Shown one piece after another: positions 50,186-57,706 of a DNA stretch of 57,706 bases; the first letter of the stretch is position 1, and every line of letters begins with the position of its first letter. Source of the stretch: a virus (taxonomy: Duplodnaviria > Caudoviricetes). A program made the position numbers and the translations under genes. The DNA is taken from positions 1-57,706 of the IMG/VR virus record IMGVR_UViG_3300032233_002069; one strand, 5' to 3'. Below the pieces are notes generated by a model that did no database searches, had not been told where the DNA came from, and saw nothing but the letters and a program-made list of their open reading frames with translations.

Positions 50186-51788
50186 TCGGTATTGGGTTGG
50201 TGGAACAGATCTTTGGGATGGAAACGCAGGCTCTAAATGGGCGCTAACCTCTGGGGGAACGGGCGGTCAGGCCGTTCCAACGGCTTCTGATGATGTGTTT
50301 TTTGATGGCAATTCCGGCGCCAATATAATAACCATATCTACGACTACTGCGCTTGCAAAATCTTTAACTTGCACTGGTTTTACCGGAACTATTGCCGGTA
50401 CTGTTGCTTTATCTGTTTCAGGAAGCGTCACGCTTGGCTCTGGTATGACATGGAGCCATAGCGGAACTTTTACGATTAACGCTACTGGTACGCTCACAAG
50501 TAATGGAATAGTTTTAGCAAATTTAACTAAAGCAACTGGCGCCGCAACTTTAACTTTTGCGGATGATCCTACTGTTGTGGGCGCTGTAACTCTTACTGCT
50601 GGCACGTTTGACTTGAATAGTAGGACGGCAAATTTTGGCTCTTTCAGTTCAAACAATACTAACACCAAAACTGTCGCTTTTGGGGCTTCCGGTGTCATCA
50701 ATATTACCGGCACGGGTACTGTGCTTAATTTTGCTCAAAGTGGTCCAACAGTTACTGGCTCTAGAACAGTTAATATTATTAATGGCGGATCGACGACCAT
50801 TACGGCTACCACCACATCTCTAACTACATCTAGTGGTTTTGATTTAAGCATTACTGCGGGTATCTTCACGTTCAACACAAATGGCACAAGTCGAAATGTT
50901 AATTTCACGGGGTTTTCCGGCGCTTGGACTTTATCAGGCGGTACATCAATTTTTGGAAATTTGACCGTTTCTACGGGTATGTCCATTAATGCAAGCGGGC
51001 AAACCCTCACCTTTAATTTGGCGTCTGCAACTCAAACGGTTCAAACCAATGGTAAGACTTTTGATTTTCCCATAACCCAAAATGGTTCTGCTGGTACATT
51101 AAGGTTACTTGATTCTTTAGCGATGGGTTCTACAAGAACCTATACGCTTACCAATGGCACACTTGATCTTAATGGCAATACCCTCACGGTAGGCACTACA
51201 GGGGCTTTTACGACCGGCACAGGCACTAAAAATATTACCTTTAACGGCGGCATTTTGGCTTGTCCTGCCGCAACAGTAACTGCCTTCAATAATGCTCAGC
51301 CTACCAATTTTACCACAACAGCAGGCACCGGCACTGGCGAAATCCGCATGACTGCGGCTGGCGCCAAAACCTTTGTGGGCGGCGGGTCCACATATCTTTG
51401 CACTTTGAGCAACACTGGTGCTGGAGCATTGACAATAAACAATAGCAACAATACGTTTACAACTATTAGCAATAAAATTAACCCATCAACTCTCAATGCA
51501 CCAACAACGTTCACATTTACTTCTGGTACAACTACGACAATAACTAATTGGGACATCAATGGCGCGTCGGCGGCGGCTTTAGTAACAATTCAAAGCAGTA
51601 CCCTTGGCTCTCAACATACTCTGTCAAAATCGAGCGGAACGGTAAACGCCGAATATCTTAGCATTCGGGATAGTAATGCGATAGGCGGCGCAACCTGGAA
51701 TGCTACTAATAGCATAAATGTCAGCAATAATAATGGCTGGAACATTACAGCGCCAATTGCTAGCGCAAATTTCTTTATGTTGTTCTGA
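50178..51788 (+). CDS. Thr/Gly/Asn-rich beta-solenoid virion protein
   Basis: MANRYWVGG...DDVFFD start; repeated LT.GT.DLN. Confidence 0.65.
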   Translation: MANRYWVGGTDLWDGNAGSKWALTSGGTGGQAVPTASDDVFFDGNSGANIITISTTTALAKSLTCTGFTGTIAGTVALSVSGSVTLGSGMTWSHSGTFTINATGTLTSNGIVLANLTKATGAATLTFADDPTVVGAVTLTAGTFDLNSRTANFGSFSSNNTNTKTVAFGASGVINITGTGTVLNFAQSGPTVTGSRTVNIINGGSTTITATTTSLTTSSGFDLSITAGIFTFNTNGTSRNVNFTGFSGAWTLSGGTSIFGNLTVSTGMSINASGQTLTFNLASATQTVQTNGKTFDFPITQNGSAGTLRLLDSLAMGSTRTYTLTNGTLDLNGNTLTVGTTGAFTTGTGTKNITFNGGILACPAATVTAFNNAQPTNFTTTAGTGTGEIRMTAAGAKTFVGGGSTYLCTLSNTGAGALTINNSNNTFTTISNKINPSTLNAPTTFTFTSGTTTTITNWDINGASAAALVTIQSSTLGSQHTLSKSSGTVNAEYLSIRDSNAIGGATWNATNSINVSNNNGWNITAPIASANFFMLF

Positions 51789-51810
51789 TGGTCATCACGT
51801 GAGAAACGCC

Positions 51811-52074
51811 ATGAGCCAAGAGCTTTACAATATTGTCGTCGGCGTCGCCGGAACAGCAATCGGCTGGATCCTGAAGGTCGTTTGGGATAGCGTCCGCACG
51901 CTACAGAACGATATGAAAGAAATCGAGCGTGAGATTCACACTAACTACGTAAGCAAAGACGACTACAAGCAAGACATAAAAGAAGTCAAAGAAATGCTGC
52001 GCCAAAATAGCGCGGAAGTCAAAGAGATATTAAAACAGATTTTCGAGAAACTGGATAAGAAAGCGGATAAATGA
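51811..52074 (+). CDS. Single-TM coiled-coil membrane protein (holin-like)
   Basis: N-terminal TM followed by coiled coil. Confidence 0.6.
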   Translation: MSQELYNIVVGVAGTAIGWILKVVWDSVRTLQNDMKEIEREIHTNYVSKDDYKQDIKEVKEMLRQNSAEVKEILKQIFEKLDKKADK

Positions 52075-52694
52075 TCCCTCTGGTTGTCTGCACAAAAGGT
52101 TCAAAAAGCTTATCGGTCATGCAGCAGAGCATTGCTGCTTATGCTCTCGACCAAGTGCAAATGTGCGTGTTCTCCACCAACCACACCAATTTCGGCGATG
52201 CGTATAACTACGCGATGCGCAAGTTATTCGAGGGTCACGACGAAATCCTTTTCGCGAATGACGACATTGTATTGCATCCATCTACGATCCCATTTCTAAT
52301 GGAAGATGTGCAAAACCTCAAAGCCTCTGTTCCGTTACTCGGTCTCGTCGCGCCACGGTCCGATAACGTCCGCCCTGGACAGTGCATCAAATACGTCGGC
52401 GGTGAATCACCGACTGAGGTCTATGCGCTTTCGCCGATTCTTGCGTGGATCAGCCGAGAAGCTTTCGAGAAGGCGCCTTTTCCGCCCATTAATTGGTTTT
52501 CCGACGATGTTCAGTGTGCAGACTTGTGCGCGCTCGGCTACCGGCATTTTCTTTCTCGGTCGTATGTCCATCATGTCGGATCTTCGACGATCGGCTACGA
52601 CAATAAGCGTCACACAGACGAAGCTCGTCCCTGGATTGTTCAAAACCGCCCCCATTACGCAGAGCGTTGGGGATTAATAGAGAGGCAACATTGA
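52071..52694 (+). CDS. GT2-family glycosyltransferase
   Basis: NFGDAYN, FANDD, WFSDD, YVHHVGS. Confidence 0.75.
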   Translation: MIPLVVCTKGSKSLSVMQQSIAAYALDQVQMCVFSTNHTNFGDAYNYAMRKLFEGHDEILFANDDIVLHPSTIPFLMEDVQNLKASVPLLGLVAPRSDNVRPGQCIKYVGGESPTEVYALSPILAWISREAFEKAPFPPINWFSDDVQCADLCALGYRHFLSRSYVHHVGSSTIGYDNKRHTDEARPWIVQNRPHYAERWGLIERQH

Positions 52695-53746
52695 AAATCG
52701 CAGTCTATGCAATCGCGAAGAACGAACAGCAATTCGTTCAGCGATTCTGTGACTCAGCCAAAGAAGCTGATGTCATAGTTATAGCCGACACAGGCAGCAC
52801 CGACGAAACTGCAGAGCTGGCAGCTCGGTGCGGTGCGCAGGTTTACACCATATCTGTAAAGCCATGGCGCTTTGATGTCGCGCGCAATGCGGCGCTTGCA
52901 CTTGTTCCGGCTGACGTTGACGTTTGCGTGAGCGTTGATCTGGATGAAGTTCTTGAACCTGGGTGGCGACAAGAGATCGAGAGGCACTGGGTTCTCGGTC
53001 AGACGACCCGCATGCGCTACCCATTCGATTGCGGCCAGGGGCTGATCTTCAAGAATGAGAAGATCCACGCTCGCGATGGCTACCGGTGGGCATTTCTCTG
53101 CCATGAATATATCACGGCGGATAAGCGCATCACGGAATCATGGGCCGACACCGACACGCTTTTGATGCGCCATTTGCCGGATCCGACTAAAAGCCGGGGA
53201 CAGTATTTGGACATGCTGAAAGCGGCAGTTGAAGAAGACCCTGCTTGCGAACGGAACGCTTTCTACTATGCGCGTGAATTGTATTACCACTCTCGTCACA
53301 GCGAGTGCATAGAGGCTTTCGCGAAATATCTCGCGATGCCGTCGGCGATATGGAAGAATCATCGCTCGTTCGCTCATAGAACGAAAGGCCGGTGCCATTG
53401 GCAGCTAGACGAACACGCTTTGGCCGAGAAGGAATTTCAGCTGGCCTCGATCGAGGAGCCTCACACCCGCGAGCCTTGGTGCGAGCTATCGGTGCTTTGC
53501 TACCGGCAAAGTCGCTGGCCGGAATCTCTAGCTTACGCGATGAAGGCACTTTCGATCACGGATACGGTGATCACCTTCTCGTCGGATCCTGCCGTATGGG
53601 GTTCTCAGCCTCACGACCATGCGGCTATTGCAGCTTCCTGGCTGGGGATTAAGAACGTAGCCATCGAACACGGAGAGAAGGCCCTGGCCTTCGAGCCTGA
53701 AAACGAAAGGCTGAAAGTAAATCTCGAATTCTATAGGGCTATGTGA
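52691..53746 (+). CDS. GT2 glycosyltransferase with C-terminal TPRs
   Basis: IAKNE, DTGSTDET, FDVARNAAL, DLDE, HE; TPR-like helices. Confidence 0.85.
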   Translation: MKIAVYAIAKNEQQFVQRFCDSAKEADVIVIADTGSTDETAELAARCGAQVYTISVKPWRFDVARNAALALVPADVDVCVSVDLDEVLEPGWRQEIERHWVLGQTTRMRYPFDCGQGLIFKNEKIHARDGYRWAFLCHEYITADKRITESWADTDTLLMRHLPDPTKSRGQYLDMLKAAVEEDPACERNAFYYARELYYHSRHSECIEAFAKYLAMPSAIWKNHRSFAHRTKGRCHWQLDEHALAEKEFQLASIEEPHTREPWCELSVLCYRQSRWPESLAYAMKALSITDTVITFSSDPAVWGSQPHDHAAIAASWLGIKNVAIEHGEKALAFEPENERLKVNLEFYRAM

Positions 53747-54210
53747 TGGAGCTACCCAAATTAACGCCTATTGTTCAATTCGCAACAGCTAGTTTCGCTT
53801 TGGCTGTCGGCGGATACACAGCTGGCGAGAAATTTGGGTGGTTTAAAAATGAGATCATCGCTTGGGCGCCAGAGCACTTCCGAATTACAGATTCTAAAAT
53901 CGGCGCACCGGTCACCGTAACAGTAGCTCGAATTAAAAAACGTGACGATTGCTCCGTGGAAGGATTCGAAGTTACGATTCGGGATGGTGCCGGTGTGATC
54001 CATCAAGCAGCACCGAGTATGACACGGTTCACCGGTCCTGCTGGGCCGGAGATTGATACTTTCACTTATACTCTGCACATCGACGAAAAAGAAATGATCT
54101 CACCCGGCAGAGCCACATTGCTAGCGACGATCAAATATAAGTGTCCAGAGGGCGAACGCACGGTCACTTATCCTCGTCACCAAAATCTGACCTTTATGCT
54201 GGAGAGATAA
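53743..54210 (+). CDS. Membrane-anchored hypothetical protein
   Basis: N-terminal hydrophobic segment. Confidence 0.6.
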   Translation: MMELPKLTPIVQFATASFALAVGGYTAGEKFGWFKNEIIAWAPEHFRITDSKIGAPVTVTVARIKKRDDCSVEGFEVTIRDGAGVIHQAAPSMTRFTGPAGPEIDTFTYTLHIDEKEMISPGRATLLATIKYKCPEGERTVTYPRHQNLTFMLER

Positions 54211-54211
54211 C

Positions 54212-54730
54212 ATGGAAGCTCTTCTTAATCTCGTTCGGACAGTCGCACCAAGCATCGCGACCGCCGTAGGCGGTCCATTGGCGGGCATGGCAACGAAAGC
54301 CATCTCGGAGGCTCTCCTTGGCAGGCCAGACGGCACAGAGGACGAACTTACCCAGGCTGCTGCTAAGGCCACTCCGGAGCAGCTTCTCGCCCTCAAAAAG
54401 GCAGAGCAGGATTTTGCTGTGCAGATGCGCGAGTTGGACATCGATCTAGAGCGGATCTCTAACGCTGATCGCGACAGCGCCAGGAATCGAGAGATTAAGA
54501 CCAAAGACTGGACGCCTCGCATCCTGGCCGGATTTGTGACCGTCGGTTATTTCGGCGTGTTGTTCTACATGCTGATTAATGGTCTCCCTACGCATGGTGG
54601 ATCTGAAGCGATGTTGGTCATGCTCGGCACACTCGGCACTGCCTGGGGCGGTATCATCGCTTATTATTTCGGCAGCAGCGCCGGTAGCAGAGAAAAGACG
54701 GAAGTCATGAGCAGGATGGCTGTAAAATGA
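54212..54730 (+). CDS. Holin-like membrane protein
   Basis: DRDSARNRE, two C-terminal TMs, YYFGSSAGS; precedes endolysin. Confidence 0.7.
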   Translation: MEALLNLVRTVAPSIATAVGGPLAGMATKAISEALLGRPDGTEDELTQAAAKATPEQLLALKKAEQDFAVQMRELDIDLERISNADRDSARNREIKTKDWTPRILAGFVTVGYFGVLFYMLINGLPTHGGSEAMLVMLGTLGTAWGGIIAYYFGSSAGSREKTEVMSRMAVK

Positions 54731-55248
54731 AAAGCAATTTCGAATCTTGCCTCGAATTCATTCTTCATCACGAGGGGGGCTGGGCTGACCATCCGAAAGA
54801 TCCGGGTGGTGCGACTATGAAGGGCGTGACTCTGGCTGTCTATAAGGAGTACCTCGGTCGAGATGTGAGTAAGGAGGAGCTGCGCAACATTCCGCAGGAG
54901 CATCTCCTTAACCTCTACAAGACACGCTATTGGGACAAGGCCAAGTGTGATGATCTCGCTGCCGGTCTCGATTTGGTCGTGTTCGATTTGGCTGTGAATG
55001 GCGGTGTCGGTCGTGCAGCGCGCATTCTTCAGCGGTGCGTCGGGGCGACTGAAGACGGGGCGATCGGTCCTAAAACTATGGCTCTGGTCAAAGAGGTTCC
55101 GGCCAAGCAGATGATCATTCGATTCAGCGAGCAACGTCGAATGTTTTACAAGAGCCTACCCACTTTCGACACTTTCGGTCGGGGCTGGCTGCGTCGCACA
55201 GACGAGTGCGAATCCAGGGCTTTTGAGATGGCTGGAGATCAATCATAA
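54727..55248 (+). CDS. Endolysin, glycoside hydrolase family 108 with PG-binding domain
   Basis: HEGGW..HPKDPGGAT..GVT, DGAIGPKT, FGRGWLRR. Confidence 0.9.
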   Translation: MKSNFESCLEFILHHEGGWADHPKDPGGATMKGVTLAVYKEYLGRDVSKEELRNIPQEHLLNLYKTRYWDKAKCDDLAAGLDLVVFDLAVNGGVGRAARILQRCVGATEDGAIGPKTMALVKEVPAKQMIIRFSEQRRMFYKSLPTFDTFGRGWLRRTDECESRAFEMAGDQS

Positions 55249-55271
55249 ACGCTACGATTGATCTCGCTGCG

Positions 55272-55808
55272 TTAAAGCTCTAGCCTTGTGCCGGTGAAGA
55301 CAGCCTTAATCCCGGCTTCTTGCAGCTTCTGCCTACAATCGTCGCACACCCTATGATGTTCGACGATTGCTATGGCGTTTTTCGCCTTCGGACCAGCAGC
55401 CTTCAGGGCCATTACTTCTGCGTGACCGGATTGCTGACAAATCGACCGGCAGAGAGTAAAATCGTCGCGCTTGTATAGTTCGCCTACCCTGGGACACGAT
55501 GCCTGGGGATTATCGCATGAGTTCTCCCCTGTGAATTGCTCACCATCTTCGGCGATGATGGTGCACACGATGCTCTTTTTGGCGCAGGGTCCGCGTTTAC
55601 TCGAATTCAGCTGCTCCCCTTCCTTCAATTCGCGACTCAGATGGGCTATCTGCTGATTAAGTCTCCACCATTCCTGAGAGAATGGGTGCGCTTGTCTCAG
55701 GATCTGTTCTTTCACGTTGATCCTGGCTCGCAGCATTCCCGGCTTCTTGGCCTCCCAGAACGGGTCTATTTGAGTAATTTCGGGAAGTGTTGATTTCTTA
55801 TTATCCAT
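55272..55808 (-). CDS. dCMP/cytidine deaminase-like protein
   Basis: HAE...CDDC Zn motif, CAKK..CPR. Confidence 0.75.
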   Translation of the reverse strand: MDNKKSTLPEITQIDPFWEAKKPGMLRARINVKEQILRQAHPFSQEWWRLNQQIAHLSRELKEGEQLNSSKRGPCAKKSIVCTIIAEDGEQFTGENSCDNPQASCPRVGELYKRDDFTLCRSICQQSGHAEVMALKAAGPKAKNAIAIVEHHRVCDDCRQKLQEAGIKAVFTGTRLEL

Positions 55809-55819
55809 TAGTCTATTCC

Positions 55820-56101
55820 TTACGAGATCCGCTCCAGCAACGATCGACCTTTATCCGTAATGCAGAGTGCCACACAACGTTTGTCATCATTCAAGCGACG
55901 TTTCTTCAACAGCTTACCCCTCTGCAATTCGGAGGACGCTTTCGATATGCTGGGCATGGAGACACCGAATGTTTTCGCCAGCTCTGTTACCTGAGGGCTG
56001 TCTGAATAACATGCCGCCAAAATGCCCATTTTGATTGCCGACATTTTCGGATTCTGTCGAACCATCGAGACGATGATTCTGGTTACAGTGCTTTCGATCA
56101 T
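55820..56101 (-). CDS. MarR-like winged-helix protein
   Basis: VTELAKTFGVSMPSISKA...DKR...ITDKG. Confidence 0.75.
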   Translation of the reverse strand: MIESTVTRIIVSMVRQNPKMSAIKMGILAACYSDSPQVTELAKTFGVSMPSISKASSELQRGKLLKKRRLNDDKRCVALCITDKGRSLLERIS

Positions 56102-56111
56102 AGGATCTCCC

Positions 56112-56546
56112 CTATTGTTTGTGTGTGAAAAAGACGTGTTCATCGACCTCGGCGACTTCCACTAAGTGACGCCACCTGGAGCGATATCTTTTGGTGCGGA
56201 AGTATAATGCACCATTGGTAATGTCACCGGGCGCCTCTCCCGCGATATGCCACGCGGCCTGCCAAGAAGCGTTTCGGGGCGGCATGACGTTACGGACGCT
56301 ACTACAGGCCCAGCTAAATTGGCAAACGCCTCCGGACCGCTGGAAGACGACCGCGCAGGGGGTCTTAGGAAAGGCCGGATGATTGACCCGGTTCCAGATC
56401 ACTTCAGCCACCGCGCGCTGACCATTCTCGGACAATCCGCGAGCTTCCCAATAGATGGCGCGAGCTATGCAGGCGCGTTGTTCGTAAGCTGCAGCAGGAA
56501 ATGCGAGGGTAGCGAATGCGACAAGCGTGGTGGCGAAGCGAATCAT
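56112..56546 (-). CDS. SleB-like cell wall hydrolase with signal peptide
   Basis: CIARAIYWEARG...AVAEVIWNRV...CQFSW, GALYF, HVF. Confidence 0.85.
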   Translation of the reverse strand: MIRFATTLVAFATLAFPAAAYEQRACIARAIYWEARGLSENGQRAVAEVIWNRVNHPAFPKTPCAVVFQRSGGVCQFSWACSSVRNVMPPRNASWQAAWHIAGEAPGDITNGALYFRTKRYRSRWRHLVEVAEVDEHVFFTHKQ

Positions 56547-56719
56547 TATCTGCTCTCCTCGGGGGGCTGTCGTGGTGAGAAGAGCTTGCGAGACCGCTCG
56601 ATATGGGGCTTCAAGAGCATTTCCAGTGTATCTTTGATGCGCGCGGCACCCCAATGGTCGTTCTCCTGTTCGGCGATTCGCAGATTGTTTTGCAGTTGAG
56701 ATATCAACGAATTGCTCAT
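56546..56719 (-). CDS. Small hypothetical protein (57 aa)
   Basis: Hand-found ORF overlapping both neighbours. Confidence 0.5.
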   Translation of the reverse strand: MSNSLISQLQNNLRIAEQENDHWGAARIKDTLEMLLKPHIERSRKLFSPRQPPEESR

Positions 56720-56952
56720 TTCGGATCTCCCAGCGTCGCGCGCCGAATTGGCACAATATTAAAACCCAGAACGTCATAAACACGTTCAATATCTGAGATG
56801 CTTGGCGTAGTTTTGCGCTTGCGCCAGCGAAATATCGTTTTCTCATTCATGCCAGCTTGTTTCGCTATAGCCTCCCACGACATTCGCTGGCGCTTCCGTT
56901 GTTTTTCCATGAACACTATCAGATGATGCTGGCTTGCGGTTTGCTCGCTCAT
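56716..56952 (-). CDS. Cro/C1-type HTH protein
   Basis: SWEAIAKQAGMNEKTIFRW...TPSI. Confidence 0.75.
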   Translation of the reverse strand: MSEQTASQHHLIVFMEKQRKRQRMSWEAIAKQAGMNEKTIFRWRKRKTTPSISDIERVYDVLGFNIVPIRRATLGDPK

Positions 56953-57119
56953 GGCTTTTGTCTCCTATCTAGCATCCTCTGCCTCACGCGAATTAAGTAA
57001 ATCATTCGTCGATCGCACCATTTAGCCATAGCACTCGCGAACTCATATAGACGCAACGTAATTCGGCACAGCACACCGACAACGGTCCATTGAACCCTGT
57101 CCCACAGGGTGATTTTCAT
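56949..57119 (-). CDS. Small hypothetical protein
   Basis: ATGA overlaps. Confidence 0.5.
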   Translation of the reverse strand: MKITLWDRVQWTVVGVLCRITLRLYEFASAMAKWCDRRMIYLIRVRQRMLDRRQKP

Positions 57120-57334
57120 TTCTTTTCTCCCCATGCTTCTCTTTCGTATATGTCAGGCGGGTCTCGGTTTTCGCCTTCCCACCCGCGAGCTTGAACAGCA
57201 TTGCGCGCCCACTCCATAGCTTCTTTTTTTGTGGCTTCATACCCAACAGTCATAACCTCATTGCCGCGCATAATCGCGGCCATCCAAAGCTCTCTTGTGT
57301 AATCGCGGCCAATGACAATTTGCAAGTCGCTCAT
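57116..57334 (-). CDS. Small hypothetical protein (starts MSD, ends GEKK)
   Basis: Junction motifs at both ends. Confidence 0.65.
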   Translation of the reverse strand: MSDLQIVIGRDYTRELWMAAIMRGNEVMTVGYEATKKEAMEWARNAVQARGWEGENRDPPDIYEREAWGEKK

Positions 57335-57345
57335 TCCTTTTCTCC
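57326..57345 (-). repeat. Gene-junction motif, copy 3
   Basis: Exact 20-mer. Confidence 0.9.
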
Positions 57346-57706
57346 CAGCGCACGAAGTGCGGTGGCTATTTTTCGGGCTTCATGATCCATGCCCGCTGCG
57401 CTTGCTGCTGCCAAATCAAAAATCCTGCTATTGCCTGCCGCACTCGCCTTACGCATTACCTCTGCAAATTTCTTATCCGAGTAATGAGCATATTTGTCAG
57501 CCACTTGCGCCGCTTCTTCCAGCGCATCGCGCCGCGCCTCAGAAACGCGCGCATCCACTTCAACGGGCGTGAGGACTGGGCCACCATATTTTTTGTAACT
57601 CCATTCTTCTGCAGTAAAGTACAGATGGTGGGTTTGCCATAGTGGGGCGTCATCGTCGTCAAATACCCGCCACCAATACGGTATGCCGCCCACCCAATGC
57701 CACCCA
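57331..57706 (-). CDS. Hypothetical protein, 5' end beyond the window (ends LGEKE)
   Basis: Frame is open to the window end. Confidence 0.65.
   Translation of the reverse strand, partial: GWHWVGGIPYWWRVFDDDDAPLWQTHHLYFTAEEWSYKKYGGPVLTPVEVDARVSEARRDALEEAAQVADKYAHYSDKKFAEVMRKASAAGNSRIFDLAAASAAGMDHEARKIATALRALGEKE

Noticed and set aside
52071-53746. Glycosyltransferases as DNA hypermodification enzymes
   Set aside because: They lie in the late structural/lysis operon, one has TPRs, and no hydroxymethylase is evident; not fully excluded.
55820-56952. HTH genes as a lysogeny switch
   Set aside because: No integrase, partition genes or divergent repressor pair was recognised.

Overview
This window looks like a near-complete, apparently lytic tailed dsDNA phage genome of about 57.7 kb. 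I recognised no integrase, rRNA, tRNA or CRISPR array. Early and replication genes lie on the minus strand (1-17.7 kb and 55.3-57.7 kb). Packaging, head, contractile-tail, fibre and lysis genes lie on the plus strand (18.1-55.2 kb). The best-supported highlight is a 2-aminoadenine (Z-genome) cluster: datZ, a MazG/MazZ-like gene, purZ (GSTGKG and NFANY signatures), a DUF5664-type dGTP/dATP diphosphohydrolase and a family A polymerase with altered motif B (DpoZ-like), here in a myovirus-type chassis. Less familiar signals: (i) four consecutive head-region genes share an amphipathic N-terminal leader ending in RxD-[A/G], which also recurs in the scaffold; this is a candidate capsid-loading and protease-release signal for variable cargo; (ii) small accessory genes are joined by an identical 20-nt 'GEKE-stop/MSD' junction; (iii) two elements have an inverted-repeat-flanked polypyrimidine tract; (iv) a promoter motif occurs 6-7 times; (v) GXT collagen-like fibres are encoded near two GT2 glycosyltransferases. 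All family calls come from motif recognition by eye; no database searches were run.
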